Assembly: GCA_964016885.1 (NCBI GenBank)
Contig: OZ024742.1
Location: 124,310,001-124,374,000 of the forward strand
Reading direction: 5' to 3'
DNA: 64,000 nt
Origin: Eledone cirrhosa
Taxonomy: Eukaryota
Part shown: positions 14,168 to 27,854 of the stretch, piece after piece
Layout: each line of letters starts with the position of its first letter
How positions within the stretch are numbered: position 1 is the stretch's first letter
The notes under the pieces: model-generated
What the model was told of the DNA's origin: nothing
The model's input: only the letters and a program-made list of their open reading frames with translations
Database searches by the model: none
Translations under genes and position numbers: made by a program

Positions 14168-14235
<68 letters not shown>

Positions 14236-14236
14236 T

Positions 14237-14296
<60 letters not shown>

Positions 14297-14302
14297 AACT
14301 AC

Positions 14303-14337
<35 letters not shown>

Positions 14338-14424
14338 GTACTACTACAACTACTACTACTAATACTACTACTACCATTACTACTACTACTACTACTACCA
14401 TTACTACTACTACTACCACCACCG

Positions 14425-14491
<67 letters not shown>

Positions 14492-14507
14492 CGCCACTAC
14501 TACTACA

Positions 14508-14588
<81 letters not shown>
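14168..14588. repeat. (ACT)n trinucleotide microsatellite with ACC/ACA interruptions
   Basis: Direct reading. Confidence 0.97.
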
Positions 14589-14589
<1 letters not shown>

Positions 14590-14989
14590 TTTTCACTCTA
14601 AAATGTATAGTAATATTGAATCCGAGTTGATTTAATAGAAAGCCAACGCTGGCTCAAATTCATCATAATGTGCAAACATGGAAGCTTCCATAGAGTTCGT
14701 CGGACGAAATTATGTACAAGATTTAAATTCTGATTGAAATGCCACCGAAATAGATTTTGTGTTTTCTGACTTATGTCATTGATGACATTCTTACCACACC
14801 ATATATTCCGTTTGAATATGTTTGTTCAAGGGTTTTAATTGATTCGTCACCAATGTAAGGTACATAGGTTGAGAGTTTGTTCTTGAACAAACACAGACAG
14901 GCAGAGAGAAACGCCAAATTGAAGAGAAATGGTTATACACACACAGAAATACACAGAAATATTGCTTTGCAGACTAAACATTTACCATC

Positions 14990-17900
14990 CTATATATTTT
15001 TTTTCCAAAGGATACTTTCTAAAACTTAAAGAATTATGGGAATACCTGTTTTTTCAACTATCTTAATATTCAATTTTAATTTGTCAATAGCCCTTCAAGA
15101 TATATAAGCTAGTTCGCCTCTGGGGGTGGCATTGACTAGCATTACAGTCTGGCATTTATTGCTGCCACACCAAGAGTTGACTTTATTAGTTCTTAATTCT
15201 TGCTGTCTTATTCCAAAATGTCCTCCTATACTTGGGGCAAGTCCCATTCACATCATTCTCTACAATACTTGTCCATTTGGCCCTGGCTCTGACATATTAC
15301 AGAAGTGACAAACTAATGTAACTCGCCCCATAGATGTATTGTTGTCTCTTATATCTTGTAAGGTCTTATCAAGAGTTTCCATTGCTCCTTTATGGTACAT
15401 TCATGACAAATGATCAGGTGGCATTGGCCCAACGTTTCTGCAAAACCCGAGACTTTGCTTCTGTTACAAATTTGACTGCCATTTCTGGCCAGGTTTAGCG
15501 GTAATTTAAAAGCAGTATGAGCTGTTGCCCCTCCTGGGAGAAGGGTGACAGATGATGCTACAGCAAGTGCATTTCTTTTAGCCGCCTTACCTTGGATGGA
15601 AGTAATGGCGTTACAAATATTTTACCTCTGCCACCTGGAGCGTCAAGAATTAAAATTCCTCTTGACTGAGGAAATGATTTCATAATATGCCGAGCGTTGT
15701 TCTGGAAGATGTTTAGATTCATGTTCATTCACAAATGCAACCAACCTTTTGATGTCATAATTTGTCTCACTTGCAAACTCTCTTAAACTTAAAACACTTT
15801 GATTTTCACAATCCGGAATAAGACTCTTGCAAATTCCTGCCTCCCATGACCAAAATTGTTGCTCAGTTTGAATGGATGTTTGACTGAAAATTTATTCACA
15901 GAACTGAATATTGATGTCTGGGTTTCCATGTTGAACTGCATACTTTCAATCGCCTACCATATCCTTTTGATGCTTCATCCAATGTTGTCGAGGATTGACA
16001 AGTTGACACATGTTCAGCATAATGACAAAAACGTTACGGAGATCCTTGTATAATATGACACTAATGCTTCAGTCAATGCAACGTCCCAATGATCATCATT
16101 TTCAAACAAACTTTTTGATAGCATGTTACCCTATTTGTTTCACGCGTTTACTCTCCTCAAATCTTGGAGTAATTTGGAACCACGTACTTCATGCAAAATG
16201 ATCAGTTGGATGATGGCTGGGTGCCTCTCACGAATGGGAAATTGAAGATGCACCAAAAAGCCTCATTGCTAATGATGTATACTCTTCTCTCATATTCTAT
16301 AACCTCGTCATTTTTGTTCATCTGCTGACTGATATTCTGCAAATGAGTGTATGTTGCAGCATCTAAAACTTTGTATTCATATTTGCAAACAAACTTAATA
16401 TATTTAATAGAGTTACAGAAATAACAATTGATATGGGCTTTGAAAGATTTTATAAGAAGATGACAGTAATGCACCGATTATCAATGAAGTATTCTTACCC
16501 ATTTCACTTTTTTTTTTTTTTTCGAAATGAGAGTAGCCATCTTCTTCAGTTTTGGTTTATTCTATATGGGGATGGGAGTAGTTCTTGGTACACTTTTTAT
16601 CCCTCATGCATGGCGAAGATGGATTAATTGAACCACAAGGCCAATGAATAATCTGTGACTTCACAATTTCATGCAGCAAAGTATATGTAGCCAAATCAAA
16701 ATGTAGGCATGCGGCAATCCTCGTTTTTGCCATTCAATTGTGTACGTGTCAGATTTGACTGGTCCAAAGATTGGCCTCTTTGAGGAGATCAGCTGCATGA
16801 CTTATGTCTGACCACCCTAGCAATAATATCATGGCGATCTTTGGGTTCTTAATGATAATAAAGTTCTCTCTTTATTTCCTGTCATGTTGGGTTATATGTG
16901 AATGTAATGAAGAGGTCTGGACCACCATAGTGTCTGGCATATGTAAGTGCAACTTGTGTTCGCTCATTCATATACCATGGACTTGATGGAAGAATTACAC
17001 AAAGTTGTCCAGTGTTATCAGCAGCCAATACTCCTTCATTACTGATTGAATCTCTCAGATGAATGTAGTCTGTTGCACGGAGATCTTTCTGATCTGTTCT
17101 AATGTAAAGAAGCCTTTACCTTCTATTTTTGCATACATATCAACTGCAAGTTGTCGGAAAAGCCCACGTGAAGGACGAAGAGTATTGGAGTCTAGCTCTA
17201 TTAATAGGAAAATGGAAGCAGGGAATTCCAAGCATCTTACTGTTTTGTCAGTGCAGGATCTGTGTTTGACATCAAAGTGATATCCATTTTGGCCAAATAC
17301 ACAGATTAATGGATACTCGAGTGTATCATATGATCGGTGTGTTGTATTTATGCGCTACAACTTATTTCCTCTTCCTTGAATAACATTATCCCTCCTCCGA
17401 TACTCGTCACCAGTCCTAATCACTGCTACTTCATTTGCAGCATGAACATTCTAGCGGCCTCTCTGTTCACCAACAGGCTTTTTGTCTGTATCAATGACTT
17501 CCTTGTGCCAGTGAGTAGCGCAGATTCCCATTCATATTATAATTTTCTGATGTAGTTATTGTTTGCATGCAACGTATCTTGCAAACCAAATATTAAACCT
17601 TGCAAAGCCTGCTCCTTGCAGTTTGCTACAAAATATAACGGCATAACTTTGTGGATTTTTGCCTTCAGTTGGCAACAAAGATTCGATACGATGATATACT
17701 TGAACTTGAAAGATAATGGTTGGCTTGAAGTTCCCTTCTAATGTTTTACAAGAAGTGCATGGTCTTTGATGTGTTTCCCCAAAGCAATGCATTCAAAGTA
17801 TCTGGTGGTGCACCAAACGTTGACCGAACAACCGATTTTCATCCACAACACATAGTGAGGGTTTCTCTTTCCCATTTCTTTCCCTTACAAAACTGCAATC

Positions 17901-18784
17901 TTTTGACATTGCACCAATACCAATCAATTTCTCTGTAGAATAATCATGCTTTGAATCATAGTTGAAAGCTGATCTCATCAAAGAACCATTAAAAGGTGCT
18001 ACACTTTTGTCAAACGCATTCAGCATATTTTGATCAAGACGTTTACGTCGCTCCTCTGAGGATTGGCGAAGTCTTGCAGCAACTGTTTGCTCCTGCTTTT
18101 TTCTTTGTCCAACATCTCCCTAAACTATTGTCTCATTGGCAACTGTTGCAGCTTGTCTTTGTCTTGCATCTTTTAAACATTTTTCTCTTTCCTCTTTTGA
18201 TCCTTTACAGCTGCGGATTGTATTTTGTTGACGTAAGTGTTCTGACTGATTTTCCCTTGCCTCTTGAGTACCATTGGCCCTGCGTTCCGCAGCCCTCCTT
18301 CGGTCGTTTTCGTGTATTTGCTGTCATTGTGCAGGGGAATCTACTGCCCTTGCTCTGGCTACCTGTAGTTACCTTTGCTGCACTGCAGAATACTGTTGCT
18401 CTGCATCTCACCCCCTACCCACCCCCTCTCTTCTTGCCTCGTTATCAATTTCTGAAGAGCTTGTGGAGAGTGAAAACAATTTTCTCCTTGGCATCTTTTT
18501 TGAAAATTGAGATTGGGATTAAATGAAAAATGAGTGAAAGTTACATGAACATCTTCACAGTAACACACACACTCTCACTCTCTCTCACTCTCTCACTCTC
18601 TCTCTCTCTCTCTCACACACACATACACACACACACACACACACCTACATACACACACGCGCACACACACACACACATACACACATGCACACATAAGCAA
18701 ACTCAACAAATCTCTTCGTCAAATTTAGAAGTATAAATCGTTTGTTTTCGAATTATGGATTATTTTTTCATGAGAGAGAGAGAG

Positions 18785-18821
<37 letters not shown>

Positions 18822-19138
18822 AGGAGGAGAAGAGTGAGAGAAGTAGCTCTCTTTCTCTTTTTCTGCCAGCACACATACATACGTACACTTACACAAATAC
18901 ACATATGCATTCACACAGACACACGCATACACTCATGCAGAGCGTGGAATAGGTTGGAAGTCTGCTGGCTGATTTTACTGTAGTTTTTTCACCATCCCTT
19001 TTCCTCCCTATTACACATGAAAATGTTGCAACGCTATTTGAACTTTTTCGCCGTAGATTTTCGTAGATTGTTTGCCACCCCATTTCCATCAGTGGACTGA
19101 CACACGGACGGACGACATTCGACTTTTATATATATAGA
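14990..19138 (-). mobile_element. Decayed Helitron (RepHel: HUH Rep plus Pif1-like helicase); 5' end preserved, 3' end not found
   Basis: Pseudogenised minus-strand motifs: IGAMSKDC..C, NFKPT..QVYHRIESLLP, HRSYDTLEYPL, YGGPDLFITFTYNPTW, IEWQKRGLPHAY (16703-16738), AHINC...KYEYK, SNEAFWCIF, Walker A LDAPGGRGK (15621-15647), TAHTAFKLP. The 5' terminus reads A|TCTATATATATAAAA at 19138. Confidence 0.9.
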
Positions 19139-19432
19139 TATGTAATGTAATAACATATATTTTTGGCCATCACGAACCGCGGAATAATCCATTATAATTG
19201 CATTCATCAGTTATAATAGAAGCAAATATGCGTTCGATATTAAATGTAATTTTACTTACTATAGGTTGTTTTACTATACATATTATTATACCTGAATAAT
19301 GTTTTGTGAATGATGCTCTATATTTTATATACATGTATGTTTAAGTAATTGGGGTGTTTGTGCGTGGTATAAAAACAGCTCATAAAAACAAGATGGTGTA
19401 GGAGAGAACAAAGGAAAGACACAATATAATGA

Positions 19433-19522
19433 AATAATTGTTTCTACTTTAGGCACAAGGCCAGCAATAACCCAGTGTATTACTGGTACTTTATTGTATC
19501 GACCCCGTAAGGCTCAAAGGCA
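19433..19522 (-). mobile_element. Common SINE, 3' fragment
   Basis: ttgtttctactttaggcacaaggccagcaa..actggtactttattgtatcgaccccgtaagg. Confidence 0.8.
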
Positions 19523-19523
19523 A

Positions 19524-19680
19524 TAGCCACTGAGAATATCACAGTGTGTGTGACGAAAGTGCTTTGAAAATCAACAACGAAACATTCATCCGGTTATTAA
19601 ACTAACTGTAAGTTTATAACAAAGTGAAAATCTCAGGTGCGTGTGTTTATATTAGCAGCACGACCTTCCCAAATAAAAAC

Positions 19681-19682
<2 letters not shown>
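19524..19682 (+). mobile_element. Diverged PLE pseudo-LTR fragment (family of 23200 and 42431) with a decayed hammerhead
   Basis: CTGAGAA-tatcacagtgtgtgtgac-GAAA-gtgc-TT, then gtgcgtgtgtttatattagcagcacgaccttcccaaa running into (TA)n. Confidence 0.65.
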
Positions 19683-19735
<53 letters not shown>

Positions 19736-20386
19736 AAGCGGATATCTAATCAATACACAAACACGCCTTACTTTTTCTTCAATCAGAGATTTACTGAAAG
19801 TTGTATAGGTAAAAACGTTACGGAATTGTTTTTCCATAAATTAATAATTAATATTAATTAATTAATATTATGCAGAAACTGAAGTAAGCACACGCCCCAC
19901 ATTGAATATCAAGTGCTTTATATAGAAAATCTAGTCATAAATATCGTTAGTTTTTCTATGTAACTAAATACTGGAAATATCGCTAACATGTTTATCAAAA
20001 AACATTGAATATAATGAATATATATATATATATTTATTTCGTACATATTCAATATATATATATAAGTATATATATATATATATATATATATATAATGTAT
20101 AATGAAATCGACCTAATCTTAAATACACATTTAGATTTTGTTACATGTTGTGTAAAGGAATTGACTTTAGCCAATATGTAAACAAATGTAGCATAAGGAA
20201 TCTCAAATTGGATATAATATTAGACGCTCCGCAATCTATATTCATAAATTTAAATTTAATGAAATAGTTTAATTTCTGAGAGATATGTGATATGTACAAT
20301 TTGATCAATGTAGCCCTTATATAACATTATAATGATTTAATATGTTTGTCTTCAAAGGAAGTATGTTTAATAAGCGGTGAGCAGAG

Positions 20387-20680
20387 TTGGAAAATTTAAA
20401 TTGAAGACTTCACCGTAACGTTTTGACTAAATAAGATAGTTTAGAAATAACGATGGGTATCATCACACACAGGTGTCAACGCTATACCTCTTGCTTTCCG
20501 GACAAGTACGCTACTATTACGGCAAACAAGAGGTATGGTTCCGGCTCCCGTGACTGCTGATACCCATCTATTTTTGTTCAGTGTGTTTAAACGTCCCCTT
20601 AATTTTAGACTATTTTATTTATTCAACACGTTTAAACAAAATCTAGTACAATTTTAAATATAAGTAATAAGTTTGCCAAC
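20387..20680. mobile_element. Degenerate palindromic MITE-like element
   Basis: Nested inverted blocks: gttgg.aaa/tttgccaac, aaataagatagttta/tagactattttattt, gatgggtatca/tgatacccatc, atacctcttg/caagaggtat. Confidence 0.55.
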
Positions 20681-20944
20681 TTCTCGATTTAACATCCCAG
20701 ATTTCTACTCACACCGGGTACACATTCTCACCTAGTTCACTGCATTTAAGAGACACGATAGTTGGAGATATAATGGTGAGAGATGAACTGAAAACTACGC
20801 TGTTATCACTTCCAGACTATTGATTCGGCATACTACAGTCTAGCACATTACAGTCTAGCATTACTGTCTAGCATATTAGTTTAGATATTAAAACGTTGAT
20901 ATGGTATGGCGCCATAACTACTGAAGGAAGCATAGGGACGCAGT

Positions 20945-21210
20945 AGTGACATACGGCGTTTCTTGGGAAAATTTGTAAGTCTGGCGGATCTTATCTCTAC
21001 CCAGGTCTGAATACAGCAAACTTCTTCCAGAAAAAGATAGAAAGTGAGAAAGTGGAAATGAGAAAGTGATATAGAGGAATAATTATTCTCCTCGAAATGA
21101 TGGAGGCGAAGTTAACATCGGTGGGTTTTGAGCTCAGAGAGCCGAGAGCAAGACGAATACCGTAAAGCACCACTCTGTCTGACATTCTAATGACTCTGCC
21201 AATACGCCAT
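20945..21210 (-). mobile_element. tRNA-derived SINE variant, second copy
   Basis: Homologous to 9960-10300; the head ends gactctgccaatacgcc. Confidence 0.6.
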
Positions 21211-21674
21211 CCTATCGAAATGTTAATTATATATAAATAACGGAATTGCAGCATGGTTCGTCTTTGAGCAGAACATGTCATGTTGTTCCAGTGGTGCCTA
21301 AAACCTGTGACAAACTCCTGCAGGTTGAGGGGTCAGGAATCTCAGTCGCGTAAAATCTCATGAAACGTAAAAATAGAAGAGCTAATTCGCACTAGTGAAA
21401 TCCTAATGCCAATTAGACTTTGCGAAAAATCCTGAAGTCGATGTCATAATTCACCTAAGCGTATTGATCAAGCGGCTCGCTCCTCCATTGATTGTTTGAA
21501 TTTTAGGAATGACTGTGTTCGTTATATCAATATTCCTCTCCAGAATTTCGAATACTATTCATGATGTATTGACTAGATTAGTGCCACACATTACAAAACA
21601 ACAAGATAGATTGTTGGTAACATGTCAATTCGGTACTGACTATATCAAACTATCTATCTATCTATCTATCTATC

Positions 21675-21729
<55 letters not shown>

Positions 21730-21730
21730 T

Positions 21731-21761
<31 letters not shown>

Positions 21762-22619
21762 AGAGAGAGAGAGAGAGAGAGAGATAGATAGGTAAATGAA
21801 GTAGTTCCGCCAGAGATGTACGGAAAAAAGAGTGCTCTATGTAGTAGGCTACAGAGATTATTAGTTATGTAATAAACAACATAATATAATTATTTCATTT
21901 ACCAGTGGTTTCTTGAAGACAGATGTTGTGTCTGTCTTCAGTCGTCAGAATGAATAAAAAAACATGCTGTATTTATTAAATATGGATTTGAAAACAAAAT
22001 CTAGGAAATATGAAAGTGGGGCTGAAAAAAAAAGGGCGAAAAGGAAATAGGGGAAAAAATATAAAATATATAAATAAAAATATAAATATTCAGAACGTAA
22101 ACATACATACATTCAACTACGCGCATATACTAAAGAGTACGTAGAGGTATACTTTCTCACATAAGCGTATGTGTGTCTACATAGAAATACGGACAGGAAC
22201 ATAAATACATACACATACATATACACAGATATATAGATAAATACATACACATAGATATACACATATATATATATATATACACTCAAAAATGTACACACTG
22301 ATACGGGCAGTAGTTAGGAAGCAGGTATAACTAAATAAATAAATAAGAACAAAAAATACAAAAAAATATGATGTTGTCCGCAGCTGAAATCGCATCTACT
22401 TTTTAACTGGATTAACATACCAACGATTACTGAACTACCTTGAGCTTCTCCTTTACGTATCACCCCTTCCACTCACTATCAATTTCATTACCTTATGAAC
22501 ATATAGTTTCTACCAATATATACTTTTTCTCCCTCATCTCTTTATATATATCATTTGGTTATGTGTACTTACATATATACGCGTTTTTATATTTATATGT
22601 ATGTGTGTGTCTGTACATG

Positions 22620-22657
<38 letters not shown>

Positions 22658-22658
<1 letters not shown>

Positions 22659-23115
22659 GATATTAAATAAATGGAAACTATATTTATAAAACCATATTTA
22701 TTTCATTATATATATTTCAGGGATATCATATTAAAAATATGGTATGCCTTCATCAGACAAAATACAATATAAACAGTCTTATAAATAGATAGATTTGACA
22801 TACCTTACAACTTCAACTTCCATTTAAAAAGTTGATTTGACTACCAAATCAACTTTTTAAATGGAAGTTGAAGTTTTAAGGTATGTCAAATCTATCTATT
22901 TATAAGACTGTTTATATTGTATTTTGTCTGATGAAGGCATACCATATTTTTAATATGATATCCCTGAAATATATATAATGAAATAAATATGGTTTTATAA
23001 ATATAGTTTCCATTTATTTAATATCGTAAATATACTCCAAATACTTGTTGAGTGCTTTTATATCAGTTATAAATATTTACTCGTTGTAACCCAACAATTT
23101 AAATAAAACTTTGCA
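22658..23115 (+). mobile_element. ORF-less PLE fold-back element, family A: ~183-bp arms (22658-22840 / 22846-23027) plus 3' tail, in (TA)n
   Basis: Nearly perfect inverted repeat centred near 22843. The same pseudo-LTR flanks the GIY-YIG PLE at 44123-46777. Confidence 0.9.
22920..22985 (+). ncRNA. Type I minimal hammerhead ribozyme (mirror copy on minus strand ~22700-22765)
   Basis: tattttgt-CTGATGA-aggcataccatatt..aatatgatatccct-GAAA-tatata-TA-atgaaata. Stem I pairs with wobbles; stem III is palindromic. Confidence 0.8.
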
Positions 23116-23199
23116 TATATAAATATATATATGTTATATATATATATATGTTATATATATAGATGTTATATATATATATGTTTGTATATATATATATAT

Positions 23200-23885
23200 G
23201 TCGTTTCTGAATTTGTTTAGCAAGATACTTTATCTGAAATCGTGTGTTGAAACCGATATTGTTATACTTTGGGAGGGTCATGTGTCCAATAAGAAACACA
23301 CGCACCAGTTGCTTAACTTCAATTTATTATGATAAACTTATAAATTTATAAATTTCTGGTTGGTTGGTTGGTTCCACAACCAGATAGTTGTTTATATATT
23401 GTCATAGTTCTTTCGTCACACACTCTGTGAGCTCTTCAGTGACTGGGGATTCTTTTCTTTGTTTTGTGCCTCTCCTTTGTTCTGTCCTACGCCAATTTGT
23501 TTCTGTGTGTGTGTTGTGTGCTCAGTCTGCGCATGCGCCAACCAGTAACATGTAAATAAACAAATAAATAAATGAACATAAACACACACAGACACACGGA
23601 TGTGGCGCATGCGCAGACTGAGCACACAACACACACAGAAACAAAATGGCGTAGGACAGAACAAAGGAGAGGCACAAAAACAAAGAAAAGAATCCCAGTC
23701 ACTGAAGAGGTCACATAGTGTGTGACGAACGAACTATGATAATATATAAACAACTATCTGGTTGTGGAACCAACCAACCAACCAGATATTTATAAATTTA
23801 TAAATTTATTATAATAAATTGAAGTGAAATCATCTGGTGCGTGTGTTTCTTATTGGCAACATGACCCTCCCAAAATATAACAATA
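23200..23885 (-). mobile_element. ORF-less PLE fold-back element, family B: arms ~23256-23540 / 23603-23885, tail at left
   Basis: Long inverted repeat between (TA)n tracts. Tail and internal motifs (gcgcatgcg, aaatggcgtag, gatattgttata.ttggg.gggtcat) are shared with the PLE at 6084-8043. Confidence 0.88.
23401..23443 (-). ncRNA. Minimal hammerhead (mirror copy on plus strand 23698-23740 has GAAA>GAAC)
   Basis: gtca-CTGAAGA-gctcacagagtgtgtgac-GAAA-gaac-TA-tgac. Confidence 0.75.
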
Positions 23886-24186
23886 TATATATATGTCTGT
23901 ATATATATATATATATATATATGTTTGTTAGATATTTGTTTATATGTATTTGTATATATGAATGCATGTGTTTGTATATATGGTTTTGTGTATATATCTG
24001 TATATATGTGTATATATGTGTGTATGGATTTACGTATATGTTTACGTATATGTTTATTTCTTATTGCGTGCGTGTGTGCACACGCGTATATGTACGCGGG
24101 TTATGTATCTTTGAGATTCATTTATCTAATTTATTGTAGTGTTTTTTTTTGTTTGTGAATGCATGTGGATGTGTGTGTATATATAT

Positions 24187-24220
<34 letters not shown>

Positions 24221-24571
24221 GTCTGTGTATGTGTGTGTATATATGTGTATATATATATATATGTATGCACATGTATGTGCATGTATACGTATATTTATTT
24301 TATATATATATACACATATATACGTGTGAGTGTTTGCATGTGTGTATAGTTGTATATGCATGTATATTTGTGTATGTGTATGTATGTGTATATATATATA
24401 TATACGTATATGCATATCTTGTGTATTTGTTTATATTTAAGTTGTTTTTATGTATTCCCCCCTCCCACACACACTCAAACCTATCGTTGTCAACAGGTCA
24501 CCCTTTTTTTACGTTATTTTGTTTTTTTGATTTTGATCTTTACTTTCTTATCTTATGTTGTTTATTACATA

Positions 24572-24618
<47 letters not shown>

Positions 24619-24703
24619 CGGCCACATTGAACTAAGTATACAAAAGTATTTGACTCTCATATGCATAAGCGCGCACATAGACACAATCCTATAGATTTAT
24701 GGC

Positions 24704-24754
<51 letters not shown>

Positions 24755-24769
24755 TTGTAAACCTTCTCT

Positions 24770-24897
24770 GACAATAAATAAATAAACAACCATCCAGATA
24801 TTAATCCAGCTAAGTTGAAATTTACAATAAATTGAAATGAAAACCATGTGCGTGTGTTTTTTTATTGGCAACATGACCCTGCCAATGTATAACAATT
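24770..24897 (+). mobile_element. Family B pseudo-LTR 3' fragment
   Basis: aataaattgaaatgaaaaccatgtgcgtgtgtttttattggcaacatgaccctgccaatgtataacaat. Confidence 0.7.
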
Positions 24898-25149
24898 TAT
24901 GTTTGTATGTGTGTGTGTTTGTGTGGGTGTGTATGGGTGTGTGTGTGTGTGTGTGTGTGTGTTTTACAACTAAATTCTTATTACAGTTGGATGTTACCAA
25001 ACGTTTCAAAGCCTACTCTAGCATATGTAATAGAGGCATATACTTGGATTACCTTAAAATATGTCTTGTTTACTTCGATACACACACACACACACACACA
25101 TCCACACACACACACACACAGACACACACACATACACACACACACACGT

Positions 25150-25186
<37 letters not shown>

Positions 25187-27394
25187 AGAAAAAGTATGAA
25201 GGAGATGACAAAGCAGCGAAGCAAAACAAGGCAGATCGAAACCATATTTTATAGGGAGACTTAAAACATATCTTCTAAAAGTAAAACTAGAGACGAAAGA
25301 CAAAGAACTCCAGGTTCATCGGCAGTTGAGTTCCACTCCTACCAATGGTACTGCTTGTCCATCAGAGGTCACAGTGTCTGATACAAGCCAAAATGCTGTC
25401 CAGTAGTGTGAGAGAAGAGAGGCTAAACATTAATTTATAGCAATTAATTTACACGTACACATAACATTTTATGTTATGTCAGGTAAAAGGTGTTGCATAT
25501 GTATGTAGTGTCAAGAGTTTCCGCAGACTAAAAGTAAAAGAGCACTCTATGTTAATTACAAGTTTGGGATTGGCAAACAAAATACCTGTATCATACACAA
25601 TCTTTTGTTCACTAAATTGATAAAACTTTATAATTGACATCATCCTATTTCACATAGATATCTATAGAGAAAGCCTCGTAACACTAAATATATAAATGTG
25701 CGTATCAATAAATTTGTATGACATGAATGGATATATCATCGATAGAGTTACTGGTGATATTATTTAAAAGAGTGATTGTGTCAGATATTCATCTTGGTTT
25801 AATTATTTTTTTAATTATTATTTTTTATGTCATGGCTATATTTGTATCCTTTAAGTTTTTTCAGACAAAGCATTTTTCCAATGAATACATGCGAATTTGT
25901 GTTATTCGTATAGGAACAGAATAACCTGGGTCATTTTAGATTTAGTAAAGTTTGCTATATTGGCATTATGTTTGTCTCCTGATCACCTTTAACTCTATTT
26001 AATAACTCACTCACTATACACTATCAATATCTATTGTTATTATTTAATCGGATGTGAATACAAGATATTTCTTTTGAGGTAGCTATAAACTAACAGTAGT
26101 TATTCTTAGTGAGGACAGCAAACAAGACAATACTGGCATTTTAGAATGCTTGGCACCAAACAAAAGATCTAATTTTATTTTATTTTATCGACACCATATT
26201 TGTGATTGTGATAGAGACGTGTTATGGTTCAGACAATCGAATTATATTTATAAAACAATATTCGTCTTTATTGCACTATATAATATAGCTAACTTTCCGT
26301 TGTGTGTGTGTGCCCTTGAAGATATTCATAGAGACAATAGTGCCTTTCATTTAAAACGCAAAATGCTGATGCCGTCCACTCGACGAAAACAAGTAAAACG
26401 TTTTGAAACAGGTATCACACGTATTCAAAATTATAGAACGGCATTCTTTTCATTTTTTACAAAGAAAATATAGTTTATAATAATCATAATATTAAAAGCC
26501 TAATCAGATGAAAATAGTTCTGATTGTTGAAAAGAAAATTCACCACAAAACTGAAAGTGAAATATCAGTGTCACATTTTGGCAGTAAATACAGTGGAAAT
26601 AATTCCAGTACATAGTGTGAAAATTAAACAAAACAGGTAAAAATAATTACCAAGGAAATATAATTATTGGGGAATTTACCACAACTTTCGTGAAAATAGA
26701 ATTGTGAGAATTCTGCTACTTACACATTATAATAATTGCATTATATTAAGTCTTTATTTTAATGGAAACGTTTCCCACAAATACGAAATTCAGATTAAAT
26801 GTTTAAAATAACTCCTAATTTCTTTATATTTTCTGTACACAACATTTAATTAATTCGTAATCTACTTAATTTCATCAGGCATTCCGTTTAAAAAGTATCT
26901 CATAATTCCAATAGAAGCGGGAATAATTTCTGTAATGTCTCCGTTAGTGCTATACTCTCCCGTGGCTAATATGGTGTTTAATTAAATTAGGAGCTACCGT
27001 TTGCATCACTGCTTCCACAAATCATATTCTCTCCCTTTCTTTCAACACCCGCTTGCATTATCTCCATTGAGCAAGTAAAAGGAACGCTTCTTTTACTTGG
27101 TCAAGTGACATAAATATTTCATGAAGATTCGATAGCATTCTAGATATGGAACATTTCTTAATACATTGATGCATAGTTTTAATCTATGCTATAATTACTA
27201 TTGTGTATTATCTATGAGTTAATATCTAGATATGTGTCACCTTTCTATAATTCCCCATCGATACGCTTTGCTAACTTGAACATAAGTATAGATGTGAATT
27301 TGAAATAGAATAGCCACTACTATTCATCTGCAAATAAAGCATTCTTCTTCTTCTTCTTCATCTTCTACCGCCAGTCCACCGCCGTAATAATAAT

Positions 27395-27752
27395 AATTGT
27401 TTCTAGTTTTGGCACAAGGCCAGAAATTACTCACTACATTACTGGTACATTATTTTATCGGCGGTGAATTGGCAGTATCAGTAGCGGGTCGGACGCCATG
27501 CTTTGACGCATATTCTGAGTTCAAATCCCGCCGAGCCTAACTTTGCCTTTCATCCTTACGGGGTCGATAAAATAAAGTACCAGTAATGCACTGGGTAATT
27601 TCTGGCCTTGTGTCAAAAGTAGAAACAATTATTTTATCGACCCCGTAAGGAAGAATGACAAAATTAACCTCAACGGGACTTGGACTCAGACCGTAAAGGG
27701 AGGTAAATATGCTATAAAGCATGGCATCCAACCCTCTACCGGTACTGCCAAT
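27395..27752 (-). mobile_element. Common tRNA-derived SINE interrupted by a nested antisense copy
   Basis: The 3' part (27395-27460) and 5' part (27628-27752) join seamlessly once the insert is removed. Confidence 0.8.
27460..27630 (+). mobile_element. Common tRNA-derived SINE, nested, with a 12-bp target-site duplication
   Basis: ggcggtgaattggcag..ctgagttcaaatcccgccgag..ctttgcctttcatccttacggggtcgataaaataaagtaccag; attattttatcg at 27449-27460 and 27628-27639. Confidence 0.85.
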
Positions 27753-27854
27753 AATAATAATAATAAGTGTTTCTACTTTTGGCACAAGGCCAGCAATTAT
27801 CCAGTACATTACTGGTAAATAATAATACTAAGAAGAAAGTGTAGTTCACAACGT

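Noticed and set aside
14058-14630. Mucin-like poly-Thr ORF with a hydrophobic N-terminus (also poly-Leu and poly-Val frames)
   Set aside because: It starts at TTG, not ATG, and is simply the stop-free frame of an (ACT)n microsatellite.
22360-22405. tgatg..gaaatcgcatc hammerhead-like string
   Set aside because: The core is incomplete and stems I and II do not pair convincingly.
22658-23027. Palindromes read as DNA-transposon MITEs or as assembly/amplification chimeras
   Set aside because: The arms match PLE pLTRs with hammerheads, have one-sided tails and family-specific fixed ends, and several have diverged arms. Long-read confirmation is still advisable for the near-perfect ones.
27460-27540. 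tRNA gene
   Set aside because: The A/B-box-like head belongs to a SINE, and no cloverleaf can be formed.
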